Source: an uncultured bacterium (GTDB lineage Bacteria > Patescibacteriota > Minisyncoccia > UBA6257 > 2-01-FULL-56-20). From it: a stretch of DNA of 64,000 bases. The stretch spans positions 577,471 to 641,470 of the forward strand of contig CAWDZM010000001.1 of assembly GCA_963807165.1 (NCBI GenBank), in the 5' to 3' direction. Below the pieces are notes generated by a model. The model made no database searches, had not been told where the DNA came from, and saw only the letters and a list, made by a program, of their open reading frames with translations. Shown here one piece after another: positions 1 to 9,763 of the stretch. Position numbers and translations under genes: made by a program. Position 1 is the stretch's first letter, and each line of letters begins with the position of its first letter.

Positions 1-791
1 ACAAACTGGCCATCGCCATCAGGAGCGAACTCATCGCCCGCACAATCGATCCAAAGATCGTTGTAGTCGATGAGACGTTCCGGATGAGTAAGCAGCATGC
101 AGCCAACCGCGAAGGCACCGAGTCCGAATTCCAAAGAATTCATAACCTCGAGCGCCCGACGAACGGATTTTCCAGCATGAGACTTGCCGAATTGTGCAGG
201 GACAACGAGAATATCGTATCCCTTCTGCTCGTCGCCAAGCTTCTGGAACGCAGCTGCCGCCTTTTCGCTCTGCCGGAGATATTGCTCGCCGAGTTTGCCT
301 TCGCGCCAATTGCGGAAATTGCCCATGCGCTGCTTTTTGAGCAACGCAAAGATCTCTTCCGTCGCTTCGCGATAGGTCGAAGCGACCGTCTGCCAACGCG
401 GAATTGCGAAGAATCCTTCGGCTCCGTTTGGCAATGACCGCTCAGCCAACTTCTCGTCGGCAAAACCAACGCCAGAGATCAACCGCCGCAGAATGTTCGT
501 CTGCTCGATGATGCCCTTCACGCGGTATCCCTTGGGATAGCTGTAGTTGGACCTCACTTCTTCGCTGGCGAACTGGTTGCTGATTGACAGCTCGCGGGCC
601 TTTGCCACGAGGGTTGCGATGGTTGGCGTCTTAAGCTCGTCTCCGCGCTCAAGAAGTTTTTGCAAACCATCCTTGTCCATAGAAACCTGCGCGAGCACCA
701 GATCTGTGGCACCTGCGAATAAGTCCTCTATGAAACGCCGAAGTTGCTTCTGTTGTCCTTGCGTGATGCTGGATGTAATCGATGTAGCCAT
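1..791 (-). CDS. Hypothetical protein, runs off the left edge (not in the ORF track)
   Basis: Open frame from ATG 791 (MATSITSSITQGQQKQLRRF...AQFGKSHAGKSVRRARE...LLTHPERL...WIDCAGDEFAPDGDGQF) with no stop found to position 1. AAGGAGG lies 9 nt upstream; TTGACA 858-853 and TATAAT 836-831. Confidence 0.8.
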   Translation of the reverse strand, partial: MATSITSSITQGQQKQLRRFIEDLFAGATDLVLAQVSMDKDGLQKLLERGDELKTPTIATLVAKARELSISNQFASEEVRSNYSYPKGYRVKGIIEQTNILRRLISGVGFADEKLAERSLPNGAEGFFAIPRWQTVASTYREATEEIFALLKKQRMGNFRNWREGKLGEQYLRQSEKAAAAFQKLGDEQKGYDILVVPAQFGKSHAGKSVRRALEVMNSLEFGLGAFAVGCMLLTHPERLIDYNDLWIDCAGDEFAPDGDGQF

Positions 792-897
792 CGTTATCAT
801 CCTCCTTGTTGTGAATTTAAGTCCGAGATAATTATAGCAAAATAGCAGATTTTGTCAATATCTTGTAAATCCCCACAATGTCGGTATAATAACCCAC

Positions 898-1173
898 ATG
901 CCAATCACTAAGTCAGCAAAGAAGGCGCTTCGCCAGAACGTGACCCGCCACAAGCGGAACGTTATCCGCAAGGATGCTTACAAGGCGCAGGTTACTGGAT
1001 TCCGTAAGCTCGTCGTCGCAAAAAAGAATGAAGAGGCCGCAAAGGTCCTCCCTCTCGTCTTCAAAGCGCTCGATAAGGCCGCCAAGGCCAAAGTCATTGA
1101 AAAGAACAAAGCCAGCCGCTTAAAATCCCGGCTCTCTCAGCTTATCAATAAATCCACCAAGGCCTCCTCATAG
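898..1173 (+). CDS. rpsT: 30S ribosomal protein S20
   Basis: MPITKSAKKALRQ...LDKAAK...KNKASRLKSRL signature. Confidence 0.97.
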   Translation: MPITKSAKKALRQNVTRHKRNVIRKDAYKAQVTGFRKLVVAKKNEEAAKVLPLVFKALDKAAKAKVIEKNKASRLKSRLSQLINKSTKASS

Positions 1174-1946
1174 TCCACCTTCCCGGACTTTACGGCCAGA
1201 TCATACTCCGCCATGTGCGGGGTTTTTTCTTGCCATTGTGATGCCAGGATATTGAATATCTTTGCCGGAGGATCGTTCGCCGCGAGCATCGTCTCGAACG
1301 CGTATAATCTATTTTTAATATCGTAATTCTTTAGGCCATTAATGAGCCCCCAATAATTTGGCGCGACCTCAAAATCAAAAATGTCGAGATCTTTTTTATC
1401 GATCACGGCGCCAGTGGCGCTTGCCCCCGCCGCGCTATTTTTAAAACCACTCAACTTTTCGATCTCCGTAATCAACCCCCACGTATTGCCGGCATAGATT
1501 GTTCCTAAAAATTGTGCGGCGGCAGGCGTCAGCTTCACGTCATTCTTTTTTGCCTCAGCTTGTATGAACGCCGTCCACTCCGCGCCGGCAAGCTGTTCAA
1601 ATTTTTGCGAGATCGTCGGCTTCTCCAAAAGGAACCCGAGCGCCTTGACCGGCTTATCCTTCTCGGTGATCAAAATGGTGATATTTTTTTCTTCAATGAA
1701 CGGCTTTAATAACTTAGCGAGCTTCGGCGCGTCGAGCTCGAACGCATTTTCCAACACCGCGAGCTTTGCTGTTTCAAAAATCGATTGCGTCTTTAAAAAT
1801 TGGCCGAGCGATTCGAGCGATGTTTTTTCTTCAAGATCAAAAACACCAAGCCCGATCTCCGATCGCTTCTTAGAAAACTCCACAACGATTGAACGCTTCT
1901 TTTCGGAACGGCGATAATCGTCCGGCCCATAAAGGAAGATAATCAT
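1137..1946 (-). CDS. holA: DNA polymerase III delta subunit
   Basis: Starts MIIFLYGPDDYR; L..EIEKL motif; next to rpsT, as is typical. Start trimmed to ATG 1946. Confidence 0.85.
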   Translation of the reverse strand: MIIFLYGPDDYRRSEKKRSIVVEFSKKRSEIGLGVFDLEEKTSLESLGQFLKTQSIFETAKLAVLENAFELDAPKLAKLLKPFIEEKNITILITEKDKPVKALGFLLEKPTISQKFEQLAGAEWTAFIQAEAKKNDVKLTPAAAQFLGTIYAGNTWGLITEIEKLSGFKNSAAGASATGAVIDKKDLDIFDFEVAPNYWGLINGLKNYDIKNRLYAFETMLAANDPPAKIFNILASQWQEKTPHMAEYDLAVKSGKVDYEEALVDLLIS

Positions 1947-2040
1947 ACTCTGAAGAATAAACGAATTGGCACGAGATAACAATTGTCGGTTAATATTTAC
2001 TTTTGCCCACAATTCGCTTACACTGTTGGCGGAGGGTTTT

Positions 2041-2397
2041 ATGGGCAAAATACTTCAGTTTAAGAAATCTCCTCCAGTACCGGAAAGTCCCGCAATCGCT
2101 TTAACAGATTCGGGGCAATTGACCGCGGAAGCTGCTGAGATTGAAAAGGCATGGGAGATGGCAAAAAGTCCGGCTGATACTCTTCAATTCGCAATGAAGA
2201 TAAAGAGGATTTTGAAATCTCACGAAGTGCACATTTCCGAACAAAGCCTCCTCTCCGGATTTGATGCAGTCAAAGATTTTACTCTCGAGGAGCTAATCTT
2301 GATGGCCAAACAGGAAACCGAAGATCAATGGGTGGATAGCCCAGGATACTACACAGCACTTTCGGATGCGATCCTTTCAAAGATCTTTAGCGCATAA
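2041..2397 (+). CDS. Hypothetical ORFan
   Basis: GGAGG before ATG 2041; followed by hairpin CGCCGCCTG...CAGGCGGCG-T7. Confidence 0.6.
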   Translation: MGKILQFKKSPPVPESPAIALTDSGQLTAEAAEIEKAWEMAKSPADTLQFAMKIKRILKSHEVHISEQSLLSGFDAVKDFTLEELILMAKQETEDQWVDSPGYYTALSDAILSKIFSA

Positions 2398-2432
2398 CAC
2401 TCGCCGCCTGCAAAAAACAGGCGGCGCTTTTT

Positions 2433-4118
2433 TTATTTGGAAGATATTCTGTTTCGCTCCTTCGCGGCCTTCATAAATTCCTTGAACAACGGATGCGGCG
2501 ATAACGGCCGTGACTTCAACTCCGGATGGAATTGCGAACCGAGAAAGAATGGATGAACACTGCGCGGAAGTTCTGCGACTTCCATCAACCGCCGCGACGG
2601 CGACACGCCGGAGAATACGAGTCCGCCTTTTTCAAGCCGCTTTACGTAAACAGGATTTACTTCAAAACGATGCCGGTGCCGTTCGGAAATATTCGCATGG
2701 CCATAGGCCTTGTATGCAATCGTCCCTTTCTTGAGCACCGCCGGATACGCGCCAAGCCGCATCGTCGCGCCATACTTCTTCTCCGCCATCAACTTCTTCT
2801 GCTCTGGCAGAATATCAATGATGGGATATTTCGTCTTTTGATCGATCTCTGTTGTATTCGCACCCTTCATCTTGAGCACATTCCGCGCAAATTCTACCGT
2901 GGCGAGCTGCATCCCATAGCAAAGCCCAAAGTACGGGATCTTATTCTCGCGGCAATACTGGATGGCCTTCAATTTACCCTCCACGCCACGCGAGCCGAAC
3001 CCGCCCGGCACGATGATGCCGTCAAAATTATCAAGCTCTTTCAGGCCTTCTGCGCCACGGCCGCCATCCTTCATATCCTCGAACTGCCCCGAGTCGAGCC
3101 ATTTGATCTCCGGCTTCACGCCCCAGAACGCAGCGCTGTGTTTAATCGACTCAATCACAGAAAGATATGAATCGGCGAGAATAAATTTCCCGCTCGAAAA
3201 ATATTTTCCAACAATGCCAATGCGCACCACATCTTTTGCATTATGGATTTTTTCCGCAAACGCACGCCACTCTTTCATATCCTTCGCAAGCGGCTTCATT
3301 GAAAGTTTTTCCAAAATCAAATTGCCGAGATCGTCTTTTTCAAAATTTACCGGGATATCATAAAGGCTTGAAACGTCCGGCGCCGAAATCACATCCTCTT
3401 CGCGCAGACCACAATTGAACGCAATCTTCTCTTTGCGCTTTTCGTCGAGCGCATATTTTGCCCGCGCAAGGATGATGTCTGGCTGAAGGCCCGTGCCATT
3501 CAATGCACGCACCGCCTGCTGCGTCGGCTTCGTCTTCAGCTCGTTATCATCGCTCACGATCGGCAAGTGGCTCACGAGGATCACAAGAACGTCCTTCGGA
3601 TGTTTGAACTTCATCATACGGATTGCTTCGATGAAAAGGATATTTTCATATTCACCGACGGTTCCCCCGATTTCCGTGATCACCACATCCGCCTTCGCGA
3701 GCTCCGCCGCCTTATCAATGCGGTCGATCACTTCCAACGGGATGTGCGGCACCACGCTCACCGACTTCCCACCATAGCCCATACTACGCTCGCGCTGGAT
3801 GACGGTCTGATAGATACTGCCCGTTGTCATGTAGTTCACACCGGAGAGATCGCGATCTAAAAAGCGCTCGTAGTTGCCCATATCCTGATCGCATTCGGTG
3901 CCGTCATCCAAAACAAAAACCTCACCGTGTTCGGTGGGGTTCATAGTGCCCGCATCTACGTTCACATACGGGTCGATCTTGATTGATGTTACTTCGAGCC
4001 CGCGCGACTGTAAAATTTTTCCGATAGATGAGGATGAAACTCCTTTGCCGACACCCGACATTACTCCTCCGACAATGAAAACATATTTACGATCCTTTTT
4101 AGGTGTGGTCGGTGCCAT
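2433..4118 (-). CDS. pyrG: CTP synthase
   Basis: GGVMSGVGKG, KIDPYVNVDAGTM, GLCYGMQ, ERHRHRFE, QFHPE motifs. Confidence 0.98.
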   Translation of the reverse strand: MAPTTPKKDRKYVFIVGGVMSGVGKGVSSSSIGKILQSRGLEVTSIKIDPYVNVDAGTMNPTEHGEVFVLDDGTECDQDMGNYERFLDRDLSGVNYMTTGSIYQTVIQRERSMGYGGKSVSVVPHIPLEVIDRIDKAAELAKADVVITEIGGTVGEYENILFIEAIRMMKFKHPKDVLVILVSHLPIVSDDNELKTKPTQQAVRALNGTGLQPDIILARAKYALDEKRKEKIAFNCGLREEDVISAPDVSSLYDIPVNFEKDDLGNLILEKLSMKPLAKDMKEWRAFAEKIHNAKDVVRIGIVGKYFSSGKFILADSYLSVIESIKHSAAFWGVKPEIKWLDSGQFEDMKDGGRGAEGLKELDNFDGIIVPGGFGSRGVEGKLKAIQYCRENKIPYFGLCYGMQLATVEFARNVLKMKGANTTEIDQKTKYPIIDILPEQKKLMAEKKYGATMRLGAYPAVLKKGTIAYKAYGHANISERHRHRFEVNPVYVKRLEKGGLVFSGVSPSRRLMEVAELPRSVHPFFLGSQFHPELKSRPLSPHPLFKEFMKAAKERNRISSK

Positions 4119-4180
4119 TTCGCATATTATTGTACACGAGGGAAAACACAAGGGCAACAAGGGTGGGGAAATATGGTATT

Positions 4181-4298
4181 GCCTCGCATATAAGTAATCG
4201 CCTTTTGGGGCATTCCGGAGCCGCGAAGGCGGCGAGGCATAGCGATTTTTCAGCAGAAAAATACGCGGCCCTAAAAGGCGATTACTTATATGCGAGGC
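4181..4298. repeat. Structured inverted-repeat element, copy A
   Basis: 31-bp inverted arms (4181-4211 / 4268-4298, one mismatch) around a 56-nt two-hairpin core shared with 47380-47494. Confidence 0.8.
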
Positions 4299-5635
4299 TA
4301 AAACAAATCCCCTGTTCCCACCTCGGTCTTTGGCACCAGATTTGGGTCGGTCGGCAGTGCAAATGAGATCGTAGTGCCACGGTTGAGTTCGGACTCAGCC
4401 CAGATCTGGCCGCCGTGGGCGGTCACGATGCCCTTTGCGATATAGAGGCCGAGGCCGGAGCCTTCGGTCTGGGTCTTAAGGGCGTTATCCGCCCGGAAAA
4501 ATTTACTGAACAGCTTACTCGCCGCCTCCGGCGGAATGCCGATGCCGGTATCCTTCACACTGATCACCACAAACGGCTTGTCCTGCATCTTATCCACCTT
4601 CACCGTTACCTCACCATTCTCCACGTTATAGCGAATTGCGTTTTCGAGGAGATTTGTCACTGCAAGTGAAAGACGGCCAGCGTCAATCATCACGTGCGGA
4701 AGCGCCTCCGACGGCCGATCGAAATAAAGCTTGATCCCCGCCTTCTGTGCGGCCGGCAAAACGTCCGCCAATACCTTCGCGAGGAAATCGGAAATATCCA
4801 TATCTTCAAATTTATATCCAAATCCGCCGTCTTCCATCTTTGCGATATTAAGAAGGTCTTCGATACGGCGTAGCAGGCTCTGGCTCGCGGCAAGTGCATG
4901 ATCGAGGATCATCTTATTATTTTCATCAAGCCCGGTGAGTCCGGAAAGCGATTGCAACGCCCAACTGATATCCGTCACCGGCCCGCGCAGCTGATGCGAC
5001 GCAACCGTCACGAACTCACTCTTTGAACGCAGAGACTGCACCTGCGTAGTGCGGTCCTGGATGATCTTCATGAACGCGAGCGGCATGCCGCGCTCATCCG
5101 TCACGGGCGCGGTCGTCACGCGAAACTCCAACTCCGGATCGGTAAATGAGATATCGACGATCTGCGGATACTCGCCCTCTTTGCTATGCGCGACGACGCG
5201 CGGCGCGAGCGACGGAAAAATAACCTGCCCCAACGTGCGCCATCCGTCAGCCTCCACATCGCGCGGCGAGAGTACGTGTCCAATCACCGACTTCGCATCG
5301 AGCTTAAAAATGCGCTCCGCGGCAGGATTGAAAAAGATCACGCGAAAATCCGCTTCGTACACAATGAGCGCATCGCTCAACCCGCCTAAAATACTTTTCA
5401 ATTCGCTCCGCTCAACGCTCGTATTGCGATCTTTCCTTGCGGAAAAGTAGACGCTCGCAGTCGCCAGCGCGAAAATTGCCACAAGCGCGGCAGCAATGAT
5501 ATATCCAAAAAGTGACGATCCGAGCGCATAGAGATCAAACGCGAGCGCCACAACAACGGCGGCAAACAAAACCCAGACTATCTGGAATTCGGGCCACTTG
5601 ATGACGTCGGCGAATGTTGAGGTTTGATTCTTCAA
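4298..5635 (-). CDS. Membrane sensor histidine kinase (2 TM, PAS, HisKA, HATPase_c)
   Basis: ASHQLRGP H-box, NLLENAIRY N-box, DTGIGI and GSGLGL G-boxes; no adjacent response regulator. Confidence 0.93.
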   Translation of the reverse strand: MKNQTSTFADVIKWPEFQIVWVLFAAVVVALAFDLYALGSSLFGYIIAAALVAIFALATASVYFSARKDRNTSVERSELKSILGGLSDALIVYEADFRVIFFNPAAERIFKLDAKSVIGHVLSPRDVEADGWRTLGQVIFPSLAPRVVAHSKEGEYPQIVDISFTDPELEFRVTTAPVTDERGMPLAFMKIIQDRTTQVQSLRSKSEFVTVASHQLRGPVTDISWALQSLSGLTGLDENNKMILDHALAASQSLLRRIEDLLNIAKMEDGGFGYKFEDMDISDFLAKVLADVLPAAQKAGIKLYFDRPSEALPHVMIDAGRLSLAVTNLLENAIRYNVENGEVTVKVDKMQDKPFVVISVKDTGIGIPPEAASKLFSKFFRADNALKTQTEGSGLGLYIAKGIVTAHGGQIWAESELNRGTTISFALPTDPNLVPKTEVGTGDLF

Positions 5636-5670
5636 TGTCCCTCTATTATAACACGCGGCGCAACTACTGG

Positions 5671-6660
5671 TTAAAAGAGTGACGCCTGCGGCGGGGGTAA
5701 TATTTTTTTAGACTTCGATTCGGATCTTGTGGAAATTTTTTTATCCGATTCCGGGAAAAGGAGCCTCTTGAGTAATGTCGCGAATCCCATTTTTTCAAAA
5801 TATTTTGCCGCAGCGTCCGTTCCCTCGGATGGCGCAAGGTCTGCGATCGGCGGGATTTCGATCGGCGCGTGGCGCTCGAGCGTCACAAGCATCTCCGAAA
5901 GCTCGGCTTTTTTTCTAAACGCACCAAATTTTTCGCGAAGCTTTGCGAGCGCAGGATCGGCGTCAGCGCCGTCATGTGCGCCGGCTTTTTTATCCGCACC
6001 ATCCAACTGCCGGTACATTTCCTTCACCGTCCCAAATCGCTTGATCAACTCAAGCGCCGTCTTCGGTCCGACGCCCGGCACGCCTTTGATGTTGTCCGAC
6101 GAATCGCCGACGAGCGCCTTGTAATCCACCATCTGCTTCGGCGCGATGCCGTACTTTTCAATCACCGCCGGTTCGTTATATATAGTAGTGTCACTGACCC
6201 CCTTGTTAAACGTTTGTACCACGAGTTTGTCGCCTTCCACCATCTGTAATGTATCGCGGTCGCCGGTCAAAATGACAACCTGCACATCGGGCAGTGTTTT
6301 GAATTTTTCCGCGAGTGTGGCGATCAAATCGTCCGCCTCATAGCCCGGCTTCTCGAATGTCTTGATGCCGAATGCGGTAAATAGATTATGCGCCTCTATT
6401 ATTTGAGAGATGAGCTCTTCCGCCGTCGGTGGGCGCTGAGCTTTGTACTCCGCATATTTTTCATCGCGGAATGTCGGCTCCGGCCGGTCAAAAAGCGCAG
6501 CGGCATAATCCGGCCGCTCATCACGCCACAGTTTTAATAAAATACTCGCGATGCCATAGATCGCGCCCGACGGTTTTCCTTCCGGCGTTGTGAACGGCGG
6601 TAAGGCGTGGAACGACCGGTGGATAATCGAGTTTGCGTCGATGAGAAGAAGTTTTTTCAT
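5671..6660 (-). CDS. Stand-alone 5'-3' exonuclease (Pol I N-terminal domain)
   Basis: LLLIDANSIIHRSFHA, YKAQR, EADDLIAT, GDSSDNIKGVPGVGPKTA (H3TH motif). Confidence 0.93.
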   Translation of the reverse strand: MKKLLLIDANSIIHRSFHALPPFTTPEGKPSGAIYGIASILLKLWRDERPDYAAALFDRPEPTFRDEKYAEYKAQRPPTAEELISQIIEAHNLFTAFGIKTFEKPGYEADDLIATLAEKFKTLPDVQVVILTGDRDTLQMVEGDKLVVQTFNKGVSDTTIYNEPAVIEKYGIAPKQMVDYKALVGDSSDNIKGVPGVGPKTALELIKRFGTVKEMYRQLDGADKKAGAHDGADADPALAKLREKFGAFRKKAELSEMLVTLERHAPIEIPPIADLAPSEGTDAAAKYFEKMGFATLLKRLLFPESDKKISTRSESKSKKILPPPQASLF

Positions 6661-6707
6661 ATTATTTTGCAGGTGCGCTTTTTTCACAATCGGGTCCGTG
6701 ATGCTCA

Positions 6708-7174
6708 TGGCCCTTTCTTTCTCCTTTTTCCATAGTTAAATTTTATCCATACCGCATTTTCGGTAAAAATTTTTTTGCCTGCTCCGGCCATTCGATCAAA
6801 ACGATATTGCCCGGCTCATTAAGAATAACATCGAGTTCAAGCGCCGCCAAGTGTTCCGGCTTTTTTAAGCGATATGCGTCAATGTGAAAAACATTTTTAA
6901 ATTTCCTTTGCGCACCGCTCGCGCCTCGCCGCGCGGCGAGGCTATGCCGCCGCATCAGCACGAACGTCGGACTCGTTGCGCGCTTTTTTGACCCCAGCCC
7001 TATTAAAAACCCTTGCGTAAATGTTGTCTTCCCTGCACCAAGATCGCCTTGTAACGCAAATACCGCCGCGCTATTTCCTTTCCGGCCGTGAGTTCCCGCG
7101 CAATATCATATCCCACCTTCTTCGTCTCGTCCGAAGAAAAACTGTCGATATGTTTCGATTTTTTTGGATGACAT
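6708..7174 (-). CDS. tsaE: tRNA threonylcarbamoyladenosine ATPase TsaE, split by apparent frameshifts
   Basis: Read across frames: ETKKVGYDIARE / ALQGDLGAGKTTF...SPTFVL...HIDAYRL...IEWPE. The 3' boundary is approximate. Confidence 0.8.
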
Positions 7175-7682
7175 AGATAAAGAATAGTAGAAAGAATGAC
7201 GCGACGCCAAATATGAGGATAATGAACGTACCGGGTAAAAGCGGTGACGAAAGCGGCACGCCAAGTGGATAATTCCGCGGCTGCAACGTCGTGTCGATCG
7301 TCTTATTCGCCGCACCGGGCGTGGGATAGACAAACGCAAAGTGCGTGATCTTCGCCGTACCATAATCCACGCGGGAGAAACTCTTCCCCTCCGGCGCCGC
7401 GCCGGCAAAGCTCGCACCATCCACTATCTGCCCATCCAGCCCATATAACAATACTTCCCCGTCGGTATTTTTCAAAGTCAGTTTATCCTGCGCGTGTTTT
7501 AAAACAAGATAGCCACCGGGCGGAATGCCGTAGCCCGTAAGCGAAAACTTTTTCTTCGCGCCATCGCCGAGCGCGTAGCCATCAAGCGACACCGCCGCAG
7601 CACCGCTATTATAGAGCTCGATAAATTCGCCGCTGGCGTCATTGCCCACCGGGTTAGGAAACCATTCGTTAATGTAGATCAT
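7071..7682 (-). CDS. Lamin-tail-domain protein with C-terminal TM
   Basis: INEWFPNPVG, EFIELYN, L.N.DGEVLL, PTPGAAN. The 3' end is uncertain because it overlaps tsaE. Confidence 0.8.
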   Translation of the reverse strand: MIYINEWFPNPVGNDASGEFIELYNSGAAAVSLDGYALGDGAKKKFSLTGYGIPPGGYLVLKHAQDKLTLKNTDGEVLLYGLDGQIVDGASFAGAAPEGKSFSRVDYGTAKITHFAFVYPTPGAANKTIDTTLQPRNYPLGVPLSSPLLPGTFIILIFGVASFFLLFFIYVIQKNRNISTVFLRTRRRRWDMILRGNSRPERK

Positions 7683-7819
7683 CTATCAAAAATACACTGT
7701 TTGTATTAAAAATATTTAAAAAACCGCAGCGCGGAATCATTGACATATACTCGCGCATAAGAGAATAATACAAATAGAAGATTCTCCGCTTCCCGACGGA
7801 AGCCGAGGGAGGTTTCAAA

Positions 7820-8323
7820 ATGAAGGTACAGACACTTACTATCCTCGCCTTTGCATCAGTGTTCGCTACTCCCTTCACTCTCAGATCTCCCCACGAGAGC
7901 TGGATCTGTGACTTGGTATATCATCCCACTAAACTGCCCACTGCTGATTTGTCCAACGCAGACCTCCTTGTTGGTCGAGTACCCAAAAATCGCGAAGGGG
8001 TTCATTCCCCGCAACCGCCAACGCGTATGGAAATCGGGACTGCCATTTTCCAACAAGGTCCCCGTGATTTTAATATTATGGGGTGGGATATTTCGTTTAT
8101 CCCGCGCGATTCGGACAGCGACGCGCTAAAATATTCCGTCATCGCGACACAACGGGGATCTCGTGAGTATTACTATTCCGCCTTAACCGAAGTAGTATCA
8201 GGGAGGATTAGGATATGGGTCTCCCCTCCGATCCCTATATACATCTGCGCCAATGGCAACGAAATAGATCCAATTAGTGCCTGCACCGATGGTAGTAAAT
8301 CGCAACCATTAATAAAACACTAG
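7820..8323 (+). CDS. Hypothetical exported ORFan
   Basis: Signal-peptide-like N-terminus, GGAGGT SD, TTGACA at 7740, terminator ACGGCCGGATC-CGAAA-GATCCGGCCGT-T run. Confidence 0.65.
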   Translation: MKVQTLTILAFASVFATPFTLRSPHESWICDLVYHPTKLPTADLSNADLLVGRVPKNREGVHSPQPPTRMEIGTAIFQQGPRDFNIMGWDISFIPRDSDSDALKYSVIATQRGSREYYYSALTEVVSGRIRIWVSPPIPIYICANGNEIDPISACTDGSKSQPLIKH

Positions 8324-8385
8324 CATCTGCCCGCACGGCCGGATCCGAAAGATCCGGCCGTTTTTATTTCCAAAAAGATATTCAC

Positions 8386-9408
8386 CTATAACAATTCCTC
8401 GTACCCCTTTATCTTCAAATGCCGATATGCCGCAGGTAAAACGATGCGTCCGGCGGAGGAGCGCTGGAGGAAGCCGAGCGTCATCAGATACGGCTCGTAA
8501 ATATCTTCGATTGCGCCGCGATCCTGCGCGAGCGCGGCGGCGATGGTGTTGATGCCCACGGGGCCGCCGTGGAATTTTTCAATGATCGTCATTAAAAGCT
8601 CGCGATCCTGCGGCTCAAGCCCGACCTCGTCAATCTCGAGCATGGCAAGCGTCTTTCGTGCGGCATCCTCGTCAATCACGCTCTCGCCGTGCACTTCGGC
8701 AAAGTCGCGCGCGCGCCGGAGCAGGCGGTTCGCAACACGCGGCGTCCCGCGCGACGCGCGCGCGAGGATATCGATCGCCTCCGGCTTTGCCTCCACATTC
8801 AAGATCGCTGCGGAACGTTTTAATATCTTTTTAATATCGTCCGGCGTGTAATAGCCAAGGCGCAGCGTAGCGCCGAAGCGCGAACGCAACGGTTGTGAAA
8901 GTAAATTCTCGCGCGTCGTCGCCGCGATCAACGTGAACGGCGGAAGGTCGAGCGACAGTGTCCGCGCCGACGGTCCTTTACCAACGACGAGGTGCAACTT
9001 GCGCGCCTCCATCGCCGGATACAACACTTCTTCAATCATCGGGTTGATCCGATGCGCTTCGTCGATAAATAAAATTTCTCCGGGTGTTAAGTTGGTAAGC
9101 ACCGCAGCAAGATCACCCGCCTTCTCAAGCGCCGGACCGGAAGTGGTCTTGATCAACCCGCCGAGCTCGCGCGCAACAAGATATGCGAGCGTCGTCTTCC
9201 CGAGACCGGCCGGGCCGGAAAATAAAAGATGATCGGCAGACTCGCCGCGCTTCTTCGCCGCGCTCAAAAGCGTTTTCAAATTATCTTTTATTTTTTCCTG
9301 ACCAATATACTCATCCCACTCGGTAGGCCGGAGTGTGAGGTCGATATTCAGGTCTTCTTTGTTGGCCGGATTATTGGCGGGGCCGCCCGGCAAAGGTGTT
9401 TTTGGCAT
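8386..9408 (-). CDS. ruvB: Holliday junction helicase RuvB
   Basis: LRP..W.EYIGQ, GPAGLGKTT, FIDEAHR, SRGTPRVANRLL. Confidence 0.98.
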   Translation of the reverse strand: MPKTPLPGGPANNPANKEDLNIDLTLRPTEWDEYIGQEKIKDNLKTLLSAAKKRGESADHLLFSGPAGLGKTTLAYLVARELGGLIKTTSGPALEKAGDLAAVLTNLTPGEILFIDEAHRINPMIEEVLYPAMEARKLHLVVGKGPSARTLSLDLPPFTLIAATTRENLLSQPLRSRFGATLRLGYYTPDDIKKILKRSAAILNVEAKPEAIDILARASRGTPRVANRLLRRARDFAEVHGESVIDEDAARKTLAMLEIDEVGLEPQDRELLMTIIEKFHGGPVGINTIAAALAQDRGAIEDIYEPYLMTLGFLQRSSAGRIVLPAAYRHLKIKGYEELL

Positions 9409-9443
9409 GGATGATGGGTTTTTTTATGTGGATAAGAGGGGGC

Positions 9444-9472
9444 TTGACAAATAATATTCTATATGCTAACAT
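9444..9472 (+). promoter_or_regulatory. Sigma70 promoter with extended -10
   Basis: TTGACA-17 nt-TAACAT with TG at -15/-14; DnaA-box-like TGTGGATAA just upstream. Confidence 0.7.
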
Positions 9473-9478
9473 ATCCCA

Positions 9479-9697
9479 GTGCCCAATAAATAAGGGCTGA
9501 TGGCAAGTTAACAAAAGTTCATTGAAAGTAGCTAATTCAGATCTGGGGGCGGGAGTTATTTCTAAACACTACAGGATGAATCGGTTTCGGCTGGTTCTCT
9601 CCTTTGAGTAATTCTAGCCTCTTTTATCTTTAGATAGAAGAGATCATTATCCTTTCGCGAGGAATTGCCCCCAGGTCTGAGTTTACTACTTTTTCAA
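9479..9697 (+). ncRNA. Candidate structured non-coding RNA, family unassigned
   Basis: Long closing stem 9522-9550 / 9667-9697 with G-U pairs, internal hairpins including a UUCG loop, no ORF, upstream promoter. Confidence 0.55.
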
Positions 9698-9763
9698 AAT
9701 ATCTTTGCCTCCAAAAATAAGCGTTCGCGCTTATTTTTTTATTTCTTTTAAAAGAACAGTTTT

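Noticed and set aside
84-831. Plus-strand ORFs 84-437 and 547-831 and similar antisense ORFs across the track
   Set aside because: They are shadows of better-supported genes on the opposite strand.
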